Shown: piece by piece, positions 57,233 through 64,000 of the stretch
Layout of the letters: each line of letters begins with the position of its first letter
Position numbering within the stretch: position 1 is the stretch's first letter
IMG/VR virus record: IMGVR_UViG_3300042923_001106
Coordinates: 1 to 64,000 of that record
Strand: one strand, 5' to 3'
Length of the DNA: 64,000 bases
Source of the DNA: a virus
Translations under genes and position numbers: made by a program
Notes under the pieces: model-generated
Seen by the model: only the letters and a program-made list of their open reading frames with translations
The model's database searches: none
What the model was told of the DNA's origin: nothing

Positions 57233-57544
57233 TCAAATAAATAATGGTTTTGGTCGAACTAAAAGTATAACATTTGTGGGTTTATGTTTATTCAATAATT
57301 CATACATTCTAAACCTTCCAAATGGGTTAGCAGAATGAATAACAATCTTTTTTGGATATGTTCTGTTCTGCACCATGTATCTAACGACTTCATAACCAGA
57401 TGGTTTGCCAAAGCCTAGATCATGGTCTAATGACAATGTGTTTACCTTATACTTGGTTATAATCTTAATACATTCATCTACTGTCTGAACATATTTATAT
57501 CCTTTTGGGCATGGACGAAGATCGTCCAAAAACACATTAATCAT
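57233..57544 (-). CDS. Cyclic-phosphate-processing receiver domain protein, copy 1
   Basis: VFLDDLRPCP, SLDHDLG, GYEVV and IHSANPFGR..M motifs. Confidence 0.8.
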   Translation of the reverse strand: MINVFLDDLRPCPKGYKYVQTVDECIKIITKYKVNTLSLDHDLGFGKPSGYEVVRYMVQNRTYPKKIVIHSANPFGRFRMYELLNKHKPTNVILLVRPKPLFI

Positions 57545-57692
57545 AAGTTAATCACCTACAATGGAAGGTAAGATATCCTGTTATTTTATGAAGTGAGCAT
57601 AATGATTGATTGGACACATCGACAAAAAAGTAATTAAATAAAAAGTATAAATAAAAAGTGTATTTCATGTGGTGAACTAGGAGTTGAAATTG

Positions 57693-57821
57693 ATGAATAA
57701 TTTGTTATGTAAATTGTCTGGACATTCACTTGATTTCTCAAAAGTTGTTGGACGACTATCAAAAACAAATTTAGTGAAATACAGATGTGTGCGATGCAAC
57801 AAAATAGTTGTGTGTAGATGA
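57693..57821 (+). CDS. 42-aa Cys/His protein
   Basis: MNNLLCKLSGH...CVRC...; AGGAG RBS; stop overlaps palindrome 57818. Confidence 0.55.
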   Translation: MNNLLCKLSGHSLDFSKVVGRLSKTNLVKYRCVRCNKIVVCR

Positions 57822-57854
57822 AATGTATCTTTCATTATGGAGGAGTGATGAAAA

Positions 57855-58142
57855 ATGAATCATTATAAATGGTTAGAGGAAAATCTTCCGACATTTTTTG
57901 AAAAGATGGGAATAAATCCTGAATACTCTCACGGCGTCATAGCGGCTCATGGTGATAAATGTGAAATGGCAAGAACATTGTTTAAAAGAAATGGATTAAA
58001 ATACTGTCATGGGGTAGCCATCTATCTTTTACTAAGTTTTGAGCCATATGCTAATCAAGTACGACAAACAGTAAATGGTTGGATTGATCCATTTGAGTGG
58101 ATTGTTAATAACAAAGATAAATTCGAGCCTTACTTGTCTTAA
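57855..58142 (+). CDS. Hypothetical protein
   Basis: GGAGGAG RBS. Confidence 0.65.
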   Translation: MNHYKWLEENLPTFFEKMGINPEYSHGVIAAHGDKCEMARTLFKRNGLKYCHGVAIYLLLSFEPYANQVRQTVNGWIDPFEWIVNNKDKFEPYLS

Positions 58143-58207
58143 CCCAAATAACATTAATAAATAAAAAAATCTACATTTTATTCGATAACAGAGGAGGAGC
58201 AAACAAC

Positions 58208-58396
58208 ATGAAATCTTTGGTTGGGTATAATGTTAAAGTTGAAACATCCAGACAGAATTATAGCGGAGTTGTAGTTGGTCATTTATTCCAGTCCAGTAAA
58301 GTAGATGTGAAGATTACAGAAGTAATCAAAGGAAATAAGAAAGTAGGAAAAGTCGCTCGGTTCTCAATGGATCAAATTACAACGGTTTCGGCATAA
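58208..58396 (+). CDS. Hypothetical small beta-barrel-like protein
   Basis: GAGGAGG RBS; stop overlaps palindrome 58393. Confidence 0.6.
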   Translation: MKSLVGYNVKVETSRQNYSGVVVGHLFQSSKVDVKITEVIKGNKKVGKVARFSMDQITTVSA

Positions 58397-58429
58397 AATT
58401 TGCATTTTAACGGGAGGGAAGGGGTTAAA

Positions 58430-58783
58430 ATGATTAATCTGTATGTTGACGATCTTCGTGATTGTCCTGAAGGCTTCGTTGTTGCTCGTACATATGAAGA
58501 AGCAATTAACCTTGTGGAAAATAACGAAATTGAAATCCTTACACTTGATCATGACCTTGGAGAAGACGCCAATGGCAAGGAACTTCCCAATGGATATGAC
58601 TTCGTTAAATGGTTCTGTGAAAACGGTAAACGAGCAAACAAAATTTATCTTCATACCGACAACCCTGTGGGTCGCAATAATATGTATGAAACGCTTCTCG
58701 CTGCTCAAAGAAGAGGTTTTATTGATGAAGATATTGAAATTTATCATTATCCGATTACGGCAAACAAATATTCTGGGCAATGA
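58430..58783 (+). CDS. Cyclic-phosphate-processing receiver domain protein, copy 2
   Basis: LYVDDLRDCP, TLDHDLG, GYDFV and LHTDNPVGR..M motifs; ATG 58430. Confidence 0.8.
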   Translation: MINLYVDDLRDCPEGFVVARTYEEAINLVENNEIEILTLDHDLGEDANGKELPNGYDFVKWFCENGKRANKIYLHTDNPVGRNNMYETLLAAQRRGFIDEDIEIYHYPITANKYSGQ

Positions 58784-58812
58784 AATATCTATTTCATTAG
58801 GAGGACTAACGA

Positions 58813-58974
58813 ATGGTTGAAAAGAAAGATTTCGAATTATTCACTAAAACATATCTTGCAGCAGGAGAAATGTTTGATTATGACGGGGATTCTTATGTTA
58901 CGATTTCTATTCTGGAAGTAAGAAGCAATTGGGAAGGAAAATGCATCATCACAGCACTTGTTGTTAAGCAATAA
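58813..58974 (+). CDS. Hypothetical 53-aa protein
   Basis: Read manually: MVEKKDFELF...LVVKQ; AGGAGG RBS; bounded by palindromes 58780 and 58971. Confidence 0.6.
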   Translation: MVEKKDFELFTKTYLAAGEMFDYDGDSYVTISILEVRSNWEGKCIITALVVKQ

Positions 58975-59006
58975 AATGTCCATTTTAATTGGAGGAGTAA
59001 ACGAAG

Positions 59007-59186
59007 ATGAGATATCCTACTTTATACGATAAGGATCAGATTGAATCAATTGTGTATCGACTTGTGGGCTACTGGAACAACGATAACTATGTACAATTTG
59101 TTAAACAATCAAATGAACTTTATGAGAAATACGGAGAGTTTCAAGCAGATGAGTTGATGAAAAAGATTAAGCAACAAATAAAATAA
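59007..59186 (+). CDS. Hypothetical 59-aa protein
   Basis: Read manually: MRYPTLYDKDQIES...KQQIK; GGAGGAG RBS; bounded by palindromes 58971 and 59178. Confidence 0.6.
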   Translation: MRYPTLYDKDQIESIVYRLVGYWNNDNYVQFVKQSNELYEKYGEFQADELMKKIKQQIK

Positions 59187-59217
59187 TTGTTTTATTAACT
59201 AAAAGGAGTGAAAATAA

Positions 59218-59436
59218 ATGAATATATGTAATGTGTATATAAATGTGTCTACTTCATTGATTGGAACATGTGATGTGGAAGTATTTTATCATGATCCAGT
59301 ATGTGATGAATGGGATATAGATGAGGATTTAACAAAGAAAAATTTGAATTCGAGAACTGAAGCTGATTTATACATCAATGAACTTTGGCAGCAAGACGAC
59401 ATAACTATCCGAATTCAGGATGTTAGATATTTTTAA
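59218..59436 (+). CDS. Hypothetical protein
   Basis: AAAGGAGTG RBS. Confidence 0.6.
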   Translation: MNICNVYINVSTSLIGTCDVEVFYHDPVCDEWDIDEDLTKKNLNSRTEADLYINELWQQDDITIRIQDVRYF

Positions 59437-59451
59437 AAGGAGGAGCAAGAA

Positions 59452-59703
59452 ATGAGCCAACTTTACCTATCTAAACCAAGAGGCGATAACAAACATCGTC
59501 TGTGGTTCAAATCCGAAGATCCTAAGAAGGTGAGCGAGTTTAAAGTGGCATGCTTCATGAAAATGGATATTGTTAAAGTCCAACCAATTCACCATACGGA
59601 TTCGAAGGATTTTCAAGTATTCGAATTTTGGAATGGAACATTCGATGAAATCGTTACAGAGTGTCAGAAGGTTGCTCGTATTCTAAATATAGAATTAATA
59701 TAG
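59452..59703 (+). CDS. Hypothetical protein
   Basis: AAAGGAGGAG RBS. Confidence 0.65.
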   Translation: MSQLYLSKPRGDNKHRLWFKSEDPKKVSEFKVACFMKMDIVKVQPIHHTDSKDFQVFEFWNGTFDEIVTECQKVARILNIELI

Positions 59704-59818
59704 GTATATCTTTGACCTTTAATTATGCTTATGCTGATTTTAATATAAATGCATCGGAAGTATCTGAGTCATAAAAGGAGAAGTTACTTTCTGGGCGGAT
59801 AAAATCCAAACAGGAGGC

Positions 59819-60007
59819 TTGGTTTGTATGTGGTTCAAGAAGAAAGAGGAGAGTTATCTTATTGATTTAGTCAAAGAACGAGATGGGTATGTTGTGCGTA
59901 ATCCATCGAACGGAGTAACAGTAAGATGCACAGAGAAATTTCTAGAATCATGGAAAGCAAGAGGTTTTGAAGTGATTTACGCAGGGAAAATAAAGCTTAT
60001 AGAATGA
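59819..60007 (+). CDS. Hypothetical protein
   Basis: AGGAGG RBS; followed by a terminator. Confidence 0.55.
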   Translation: MVCMWFKKKEESYLIDLVKERDGYVVRNPSNGVTVRCTEKFLESWKARGFEVIYAGKIKLIE

Positions 60008-60012
60008 CGGTG

Positions 60013-60032
60013 GAGGCGAAAGCCTCTTTTTT
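60013..60032 (+). terminator. Rho-independent terminator
   Basis: GAGGC-GAAA-GCCTC-TTTTTT. Confidence 0.75.
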
Positions 60033-60112
60033 GTTGTAATATTCTCAATGTGCGATTTTAAGAAATAAAAGAGCCGTTTTATTTACCGGCTCCTAGAAGT
60101 GTGTCCATATAT

Positions 60113-60484
60113 TTATACCGCTCTCTTGACGTCATTGTTAACAATCTCTTCAATATTGAAAATCAAAACTTTACTATACTCTTTTTGATAATACTCGAGT
60201 TGCTTCATCATTTTTTCTTCTGAGGTGTGTACTTCTCCAAACACGTATCCAATTGTATTACCGGCTCTAGCAATTAACCAGTTTTCTACTTGAACATGAT
60301 CCCCGTATACTATTCCCCATAGATCTAAAATTCTTTCGAAACCAATTGCAAACTTTTTACTTGTCACTATCTTTGCCTCCAATTTGTATTGCATATTGTT
60401 AGTATACATTAAGAACAAGTGTTCTGGTTGAATGTAAATAATGTCCGAAATGTCGTATGTGTACGATGAAAAATGTGGTTTCAT
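60113..60484 (-). CDS. Hypothetical protein (inverted relative to its neighbours)
   Basis: 123-aa ORF on the minus strand between palindromes 60065 and 60777. Confidence 0.5.
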   Translation of the reverse strand: MKPHFSSYTYDISDIIYIQPEHLFLMYTNNMQYKLEAKIVTSKKFAIGFERILDLWGIVYGDHVQVENWLIARAGNTIGYVFGEVHTSEEKMMKQLEYYQKEYSKVLIFNIEEIVNNDVKRAV

Positions 60485-60574
60485 AAATCAATTTAATAAA
60501 TAAATATACATAATAATAATGTTGTTATTGCGGTGTAATAGGTGTATAATATTAGTAAGTGGAAATAAGGAGGA

Positions 60575-60772
60575 TTGAACAGAATGGCTTGGGAGTTTGT
60601 GAAAACAAACATTGTAGGGTATGGTCGGCTGCTTGATCCAAAGGGAAAGGAATATAATGTTCAATACAATAATGAAGGAAATATAGAAGTTACAACGATT
60701 AAGCGTAATACAATAGTAAAAATTCCTCAGAAGGTACATAGAATGATTACCGAAAAAGTCTATAATACATGA
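60575..60772 (+). CDS. Hypothetical protein
   Basis: AAGGAGG RBS and upstream TATAAT. Confidence 0.55.
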   Translation: MNRMAWEFVKTNIVGYGRLLDPKGKEYNVQYNNEGNIEVTTIKRNTIVKIPQKVHRMITEKVYNT

Positions 60773-60844
60773 GTGGATAAAAGGGTTATTTCAATTGGTT
60801 AATAAAGTTGGTTTGAATAAATTATTGGAGGCGTTTATTGTAAT

Positions 60845-61150
60845 ATGATAACTAACAATCGTAACGAGATAGTGCAAAAATCCTTTCAATTGCAAGTTAG
60901 ACTTTCTAAAATGGCTAAAGAGGATAATCAGAATGAATTATTAAAAGCTTTACATAGCAATCATAACCAATTAAGACTTGATTATCGAATGAAAAGAATT
61001 TCATTTGAACAATTTCACGATGGATTTTTGTTAGTTAGCAATACTCTTGGTGAGATAGACAGGATTAGCACGGAGATACTAATGGATGCAGTTGAAAAGT
61101 TAGGACAGATGTCTTTATTGCATGGACGTCAAAATGTGGGGATAAAATGA
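60845..61150 (+). CDS. Hypothetical protein
   Basis: GGAGG RBS; its 3' end carries palindrome 61142. Confidence 0.55.
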   Translation: MITNNRNEIVQKSFQLQVRLSKMAKEDNQNELLKALHSNHNQLRLDYRMKRISFEQFHDGFLLVSNTLGEIDRISTEILMDAVEKLGQMSLLHGRQNVGIK

Positions 61151-61187
61151 CTGTTTCATCATCTTCAATGCTTCAGGAGGATTACAT

Positions 61188-61439
61188 ATGGCAAAAGCAA
61201 AAATACCAAAGCGGACAACTCGAGATGAATTTGTAATGGAAGAATTAGGGGACCAAATATCTGAAGCATTTAACGAAAAATCGGAAGTTCTTTTGACCAT
61301 ATGGGGATGGGAGCAACAATTGCGCGGAACGATAGTGCATTTAGATTCTCGAACAGGTAAGGTTCACGTTCAGAAACAGAATGAAACTGTTAAAGTTCCT
61401 TTCATGGATATTATGCAATTGGATTATCCGAGAGATTAG
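61188..61439 (+). CDS. YolD-like protein
   Basis: RPTRDEF-like KRTTRDEFVMEEL...TIWG...GTIVHLDS...VKVPFMDI pattern. Confidence 0.75.
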   Translation: MAKAKIPKRTTRDEFVMEELGDQISEAFNEKSEVLLTIWGWEQQLRGTIVHLDSRTGKVHVQKQNETVKVPFMDIMQLDYPRD

Positions 61440-61463
61440 AATCGAACAGTTTTTTCGGGATCA

Positions 61464-61712
61464 ATGAGGGGAGTTACAATGAAATACATAATGCCAACAT
61501 CCGACTGGATAAACTCGCTTAATATTGGTGATACAGTACTTGAAGTAACGACACCAAGAATCGGAGAAGATGCGTTAATAAAAGAAGTTAGAGTTAAATC
61601 TATATCGAAAACCGGAATAATTTCAGTTGAAGGAAGCAGCAACACTTTCAAAGATGGATATCGGAGAGGGTTTCAACACTCTGGAAACTGTTGGCTTCAA
61701 CCGATATCATAA
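61464..61712 (+). CDS. Hypothetical SH3/KOW-like protein
   Basis: LNIGDTVL...VKSISKTGIISV pattern; likely start 61479. Confidence 0.5.
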   Translation: MRGVTMKYIMPTSDWINSLNIGDTVLEVTTPRIGEDALIKEVRVKSISKTGIISVEGSSNTFKDGYRRGFQHSGNCWLQPIS

Positions 61713-61725
61713 AGGAGAAGAAGAA

Positions 61726-61968
61726 ATGAAAGTTCCAGCACATATTAAGGAATGTATAAGAAAAAATGCAAAAGCCAATGATATTGCGAGAAAAACAGAT
61801 GATGTGATACGTGATTGGTGACTGAAGAAGAATATTTGCAATGACTCAATCATAGACCAACTAATCGATTGTTGTGACAATACAAATAATCCTGAAAGTT
61901 TCATATTGTTTTTAGAGAATGAAGCTTCTTTTTTTGAAGGAAACGATGATGAGTATTTAGAGAATTGA
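61726..61968 (+). pseudogene. 80-codon ORF interrupted by an in-frame TGA at 61819-21
   Basis: MKVPAHIKECIRKNAKANDIARKTDDVIRDW*LKKNICNDSIIDQLIDCC...EYLEN*; AAAGGAG RBS. Confidence 0.6.
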
Positions 61969-62053
61969 AATTAATTGATTTCTTAGCGAAATAGAGAAGG
62001 AGAGTATTATGAAAGAGTTTTTGATTTGATTCAAAAGGCAAAAGGGGATTAGT

Positions 62054-62545
62054 ATGAACTTTCTTGAACAGTTGGCGAATGAGTGGTACTCGTATACGGA
62101 TCATTTTGTTCGCAATAATATTAAGTTTGATAAGCGTCCAAATGGAGGCTACAATGGAGAAATTGATGTAATAGCATTTAATTATAAGGAAAATCAACTA
62201 ATTCACATTGAAGCTTCTATGGATGCTAATCAAAATGAAAAACGAGTTATTGGCTTCAATAAGAAATTCCGTTTAACATTAGGGGAATACAACGAACTGT
62301 TGAAAACCGAGGCTACGAATATAAAGAAAATTGCAATAGTAGGCATATCGAAAACAGCAATTGATTTTGGAAACGGAATTCAGCATATTACTGTACCTGA
62401 TTTTGTAAACAATATAACGAATAGAATTAAGAACATTGATCCAATGAAAGCAGCAATTCCAGAAGGCTTCCCGTTGATGAGAGCAATCCAATTTTCAAAT
62501 TATTATATAAATAAAACAAAGGATGAAATTATCGTTAGGCAATGA
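62054..62545 (+). CDS. PD-(D/E)XK-like nuclease-fold protein
   Basis: EQLANEWY...GEIDVIAF...IHIEAS pattern. Confidence 0.6.
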   Translation: MNFLEQLANEWYSYTDHFVRNNIKFDKRPNGGYNGEIDVIAFNYKENQLIHIEASMDANQNEKRVIGFNKKFRLTLGEYNELLKTEATNIKKIAIVGISKTAIDFGNGIQHITVPDFVNNITNRIKNIDPMKAAIPEGFPLMRAIQFSNYYINKTKDEIIVRQ

Positions 62546-62594
62546 AATGGTTATTTTATGAATCGAGAAAGGACTATAGAAAGGGGGAAATAAG

Positions 62595-63155
62595 TTGTCT
62601 TACAATTTTAACAGAATAATCAGGTATGTAGCTGGAAATATTGTATTACATTATGATAAGAGGTCTGATAAAAAACGTCCCTATCTAATAATTTCTAACA
62701 ATTCTGCGGCGATTGACGGGTACTCTGATTATATCGTTCTACCGATCACGTCAAAAAATAAGCGAAAGAAGAAATTTATGATTGAAGTAGATCATGAATC
62801 TTGTGGACTAAAAGAACCAAGTTTCATAAAGGGCAATAAACCTGATGTTATAACTCAGGATGGAATAATTAAATTGATCGGAAATGTTGACTCTGTAATA
62901 TTGGAACAATCTAAAGAAGCCCTTGAAGATTGCATTAAAGACGAATCAATGAGCAGATACAAGGAGTCCTTTATGTACTGGATTAAAGCCTATAATGTTG
63001 CATACAGGTTGTCCTACACATTATCGGATGCAACAAATGGTATGAAGGATGAATTCCACACCTCGATAGGCAGATTTATTTTTGAGAATAAGTCAGTTTT
63101 AAAAATATCTTTGAATCCTGAATATCTCGATATATTAAAAATAAGAATTGAATAA
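62595..63155 (+). CDS. PemK/MazF-like toxin with C-terminal extension
   Basis: GNIVL...KKRPYLIISN...VLPITSK...GLKEPSFI PemK pattern. Confidence 0.7.
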   Translation: MSYNFNRIIRYVAGNIVLHYDKRSDKKRPYLIISNNSAAIDGYSDYIVLPITSKNKRKKKFMIEVDHESCGLKEPSFIKGNKPDVITQDGIIKLIGNVDSVILEQSKEALEDCIKDESMSRYKESFMYWIKAYNVAYRLSYTLSDATNGMKDEFHTSIGRFIFENKSVLKISLNPEYLDILKIRIE

Positions 63156-63188
63156 AATGGTTCTTTTAATGGGAGGTTGAATTGAATA

Positions 63189-63473
63189 ATGATGAAACAC
63201 GATTTCATTAAGCAAGTTTTCACTAAGATCGAATCCAAAGGATTTACGGTATTTGAAGGGGAACAAAAATCTGAGGCAGTGCATGTAAAGGTTCTACATA
63301 ATCAAACGGCTCACTCGTATGATTTAAAACTCCAATTTAAGAATGATAACTACGATGGTTTTGAATTGGGTGGAGATCAGGAAGTTGAGCATGTAACTCG
63401 AAAAAATTACGAAACCTTTGATATAATGAATCAGATCGAATCGTCTATAAGGGAAGTTTTGTTTCGACGATAA
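63189..63473 (+). CDS. Hypothetical protein
   Basis: GGGAGG RBS after palindrome 63152. Confidence 0.55.
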   Translation: MMKHDFIKQVFTKIESKGFTVFEGEQKSEAVHVKVLHNQTAHSYDLKLQFKNDNYDGFELGGDQEVEHVTRKNYETFDIMNQIESSIREVLFRR

Positions 63474-63510
63474 TAGGCATGTTATTTCTTAAAAATTTGG
63501 ACGTGATTCA

Positions 63511-63741
63511 GTGAGTAAATGCAATTATATATCTTTAAAAGATTTAATTAAAAAACTCATTCTCGATTCTCACGATGATGGTTATGTGCTTCTGTACGAT
63601 GGTGTTGAATGTATTGTACGTAGTTTTGATCGATTTATTTTAGATTATTGTGTAGACAAAGACTATTTCGCTCCATACTTCAGTTATTATATTGCCGAAG
63701 ACACAAAATACTTTGATGATTTTAAATGGAGATATGTATAA
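63511..63741 (+). CDS. Hypothetical protein
   Basis: ORF ending at a bidirectional terminator; weak RBS. Confidence 0.4.
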   Translation: MSKCNYISLKDLIKKLILDSHDDGYVLLYDGVECIVRSFDRFILDYCVDKDYFAPYFSYYIAEDTKYFDDFKWRYV

Positions 63742-63743
63742 AT

Positions 63744-63775
63744 AAAAAACCATGCTGCTTAAACGGCATGGTTTT
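63744..63775. terminator. Bidirectional terminator
   Basis: AAAACCATGC...GCATGGTTTT between convergent genes. Confidence 0.7.
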
Positions 63776-64000
63776 GGTTTGTTCCATCGAGAATCCCAAG
63801 TTTACGGGCATTTTCAATTATTTTGAGCATGTTTTTAAAATCTTCATTTATCTTGATTTCCGGCTTATTTTCTAATTTTATCGTTAGTTCTTCATTTTCT
63901 TTTCTCAATTTATCGATTACATGCTCCATCAATTGTAAGGCTTCAAGAATGTCTGAGATGGGGATGAAATTGTTTTCAGTTACTGTTGGAATAGGATCTG
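63759..64000 (-). CDS. 3' part of an RsfA/YlbO-family regulator-like protein (runs off the right edge)
   Basis: Read manually: ...PISDILEALQLME...KLRKENEEL...EDFKNMLKIIENARKLGILDGTNQNHAV*; matches the YlbO/RsfA C-terminal pattern (I.DVI..L, coiled coil, EDY..L..IM.RARK). Confidence 0.6.
   Translation of the reverse strand, partial: DPIPTVTENNFIPISDILEALQLMEHVIDKLRKENEELTIKLENKPEIKINEDFKNMLKIIENARKLGILDGTNQNHAV

Larger units (their letters stand above)
46829..63169. repeat. Dispersed 18-bp palindrome family ATRAAA-N6-TTTYAT (dense cluster; further copies at 13659, 15668, 28582)
   Basis: Perfect copies start at 47123, 47408, 48601, 50855, 54899, 55517, 56824, 57127, 57651, 57818, 58780, 59178, 60065, 61142, 62542; one-mismatch copies at 46834, 48325, 56153, 58164, 58393, 58971, 60777, 63152 (and 39286). 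Confidence 0.9.
1..64000. mobile_element. Internal segment of a large SPbeta-like prophage (both ends outside the window)
   Basis: Collinear head-tail module, YonO-like RNAP, YonK, HU, PhoH and tyrosine recombinases in SPbeta-like order; AT-rich; no host housekeeping genes seen. Confidence 0.93.

Noticed and set aside
61436-61460. LexA/DinR box near yolD (CGAACAGTTTTTTCG)
   Set aside because: Right half does not match GTTC, and it lies downstream of the gene
46829-63169. CRISPR array interpretation of the recurring palindrome
   Set aside because: The units are separated by whole genes of variable length, the repeat centre is not conserved, and no cas genes are present
1-64000. Arbitrium (aimR/aimP) system, attachment sites or lysis genes expected for SPbeta-like phages
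   Set aside because: No TPR receptor, peptide precursor, serine integrase, holin or endolysin recognised; they may lie outside the window

Overview
The window is an internal 64-kb segment of a large SPbeta-like temperate siphophage (prophage). The host is probably Paenibacillaceae/Bacillales; this is inferred from gene content. No att site or lysis genes lie inside the window. The left ~40 kb (minus strand) is the late region: tail spike with 4x127-aa repeats, Dit, tape measure, tail tube, head genes, portal, terminase, HNH, phosphoesterase, YonK, PIN-PhoH, HU and a YonO-type phage RNA polymerase. It is interrupted by a secreted-protein moron, a regulatory cassette carrying an RsfA-like sporulation-regulator fusion, an intact tyrosine recombinase and one IS256 with an 8-bp TSD. 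The strand switch at ~40.2 kb is followed by a second tyrosine recombinase, a putative replication initiator with an origin-like element, ~900 bp of strand-asymmetric non-coding DNA and a YonT-like type I toxin. The right ~21 kb is an early/accessory array of small ORFs. It includes DarA_C- and DarB-like anti-restriction candidates, two cyclic-phosphate receiver proteins, a YolD protein, an orphan PemK-like toxin and a second RsfA/YlbO-like gene cut by the window edge. The most striking unexplained signal is an 18-bp palindrome, ATRAAA-N6-TTTYAT. I counted 18 perfect and at least 9 one-mismatch copies by eye. They repeatedly overlap stop codons or sit just before the next RBS, and cut the accessory region into cassette-like units. 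The large terminase gene is frameshifted and several small genes look broken, which suggests a decaying prophage or local assembly errors. All family assignments come from motif recognition by eye; no database searches were run.
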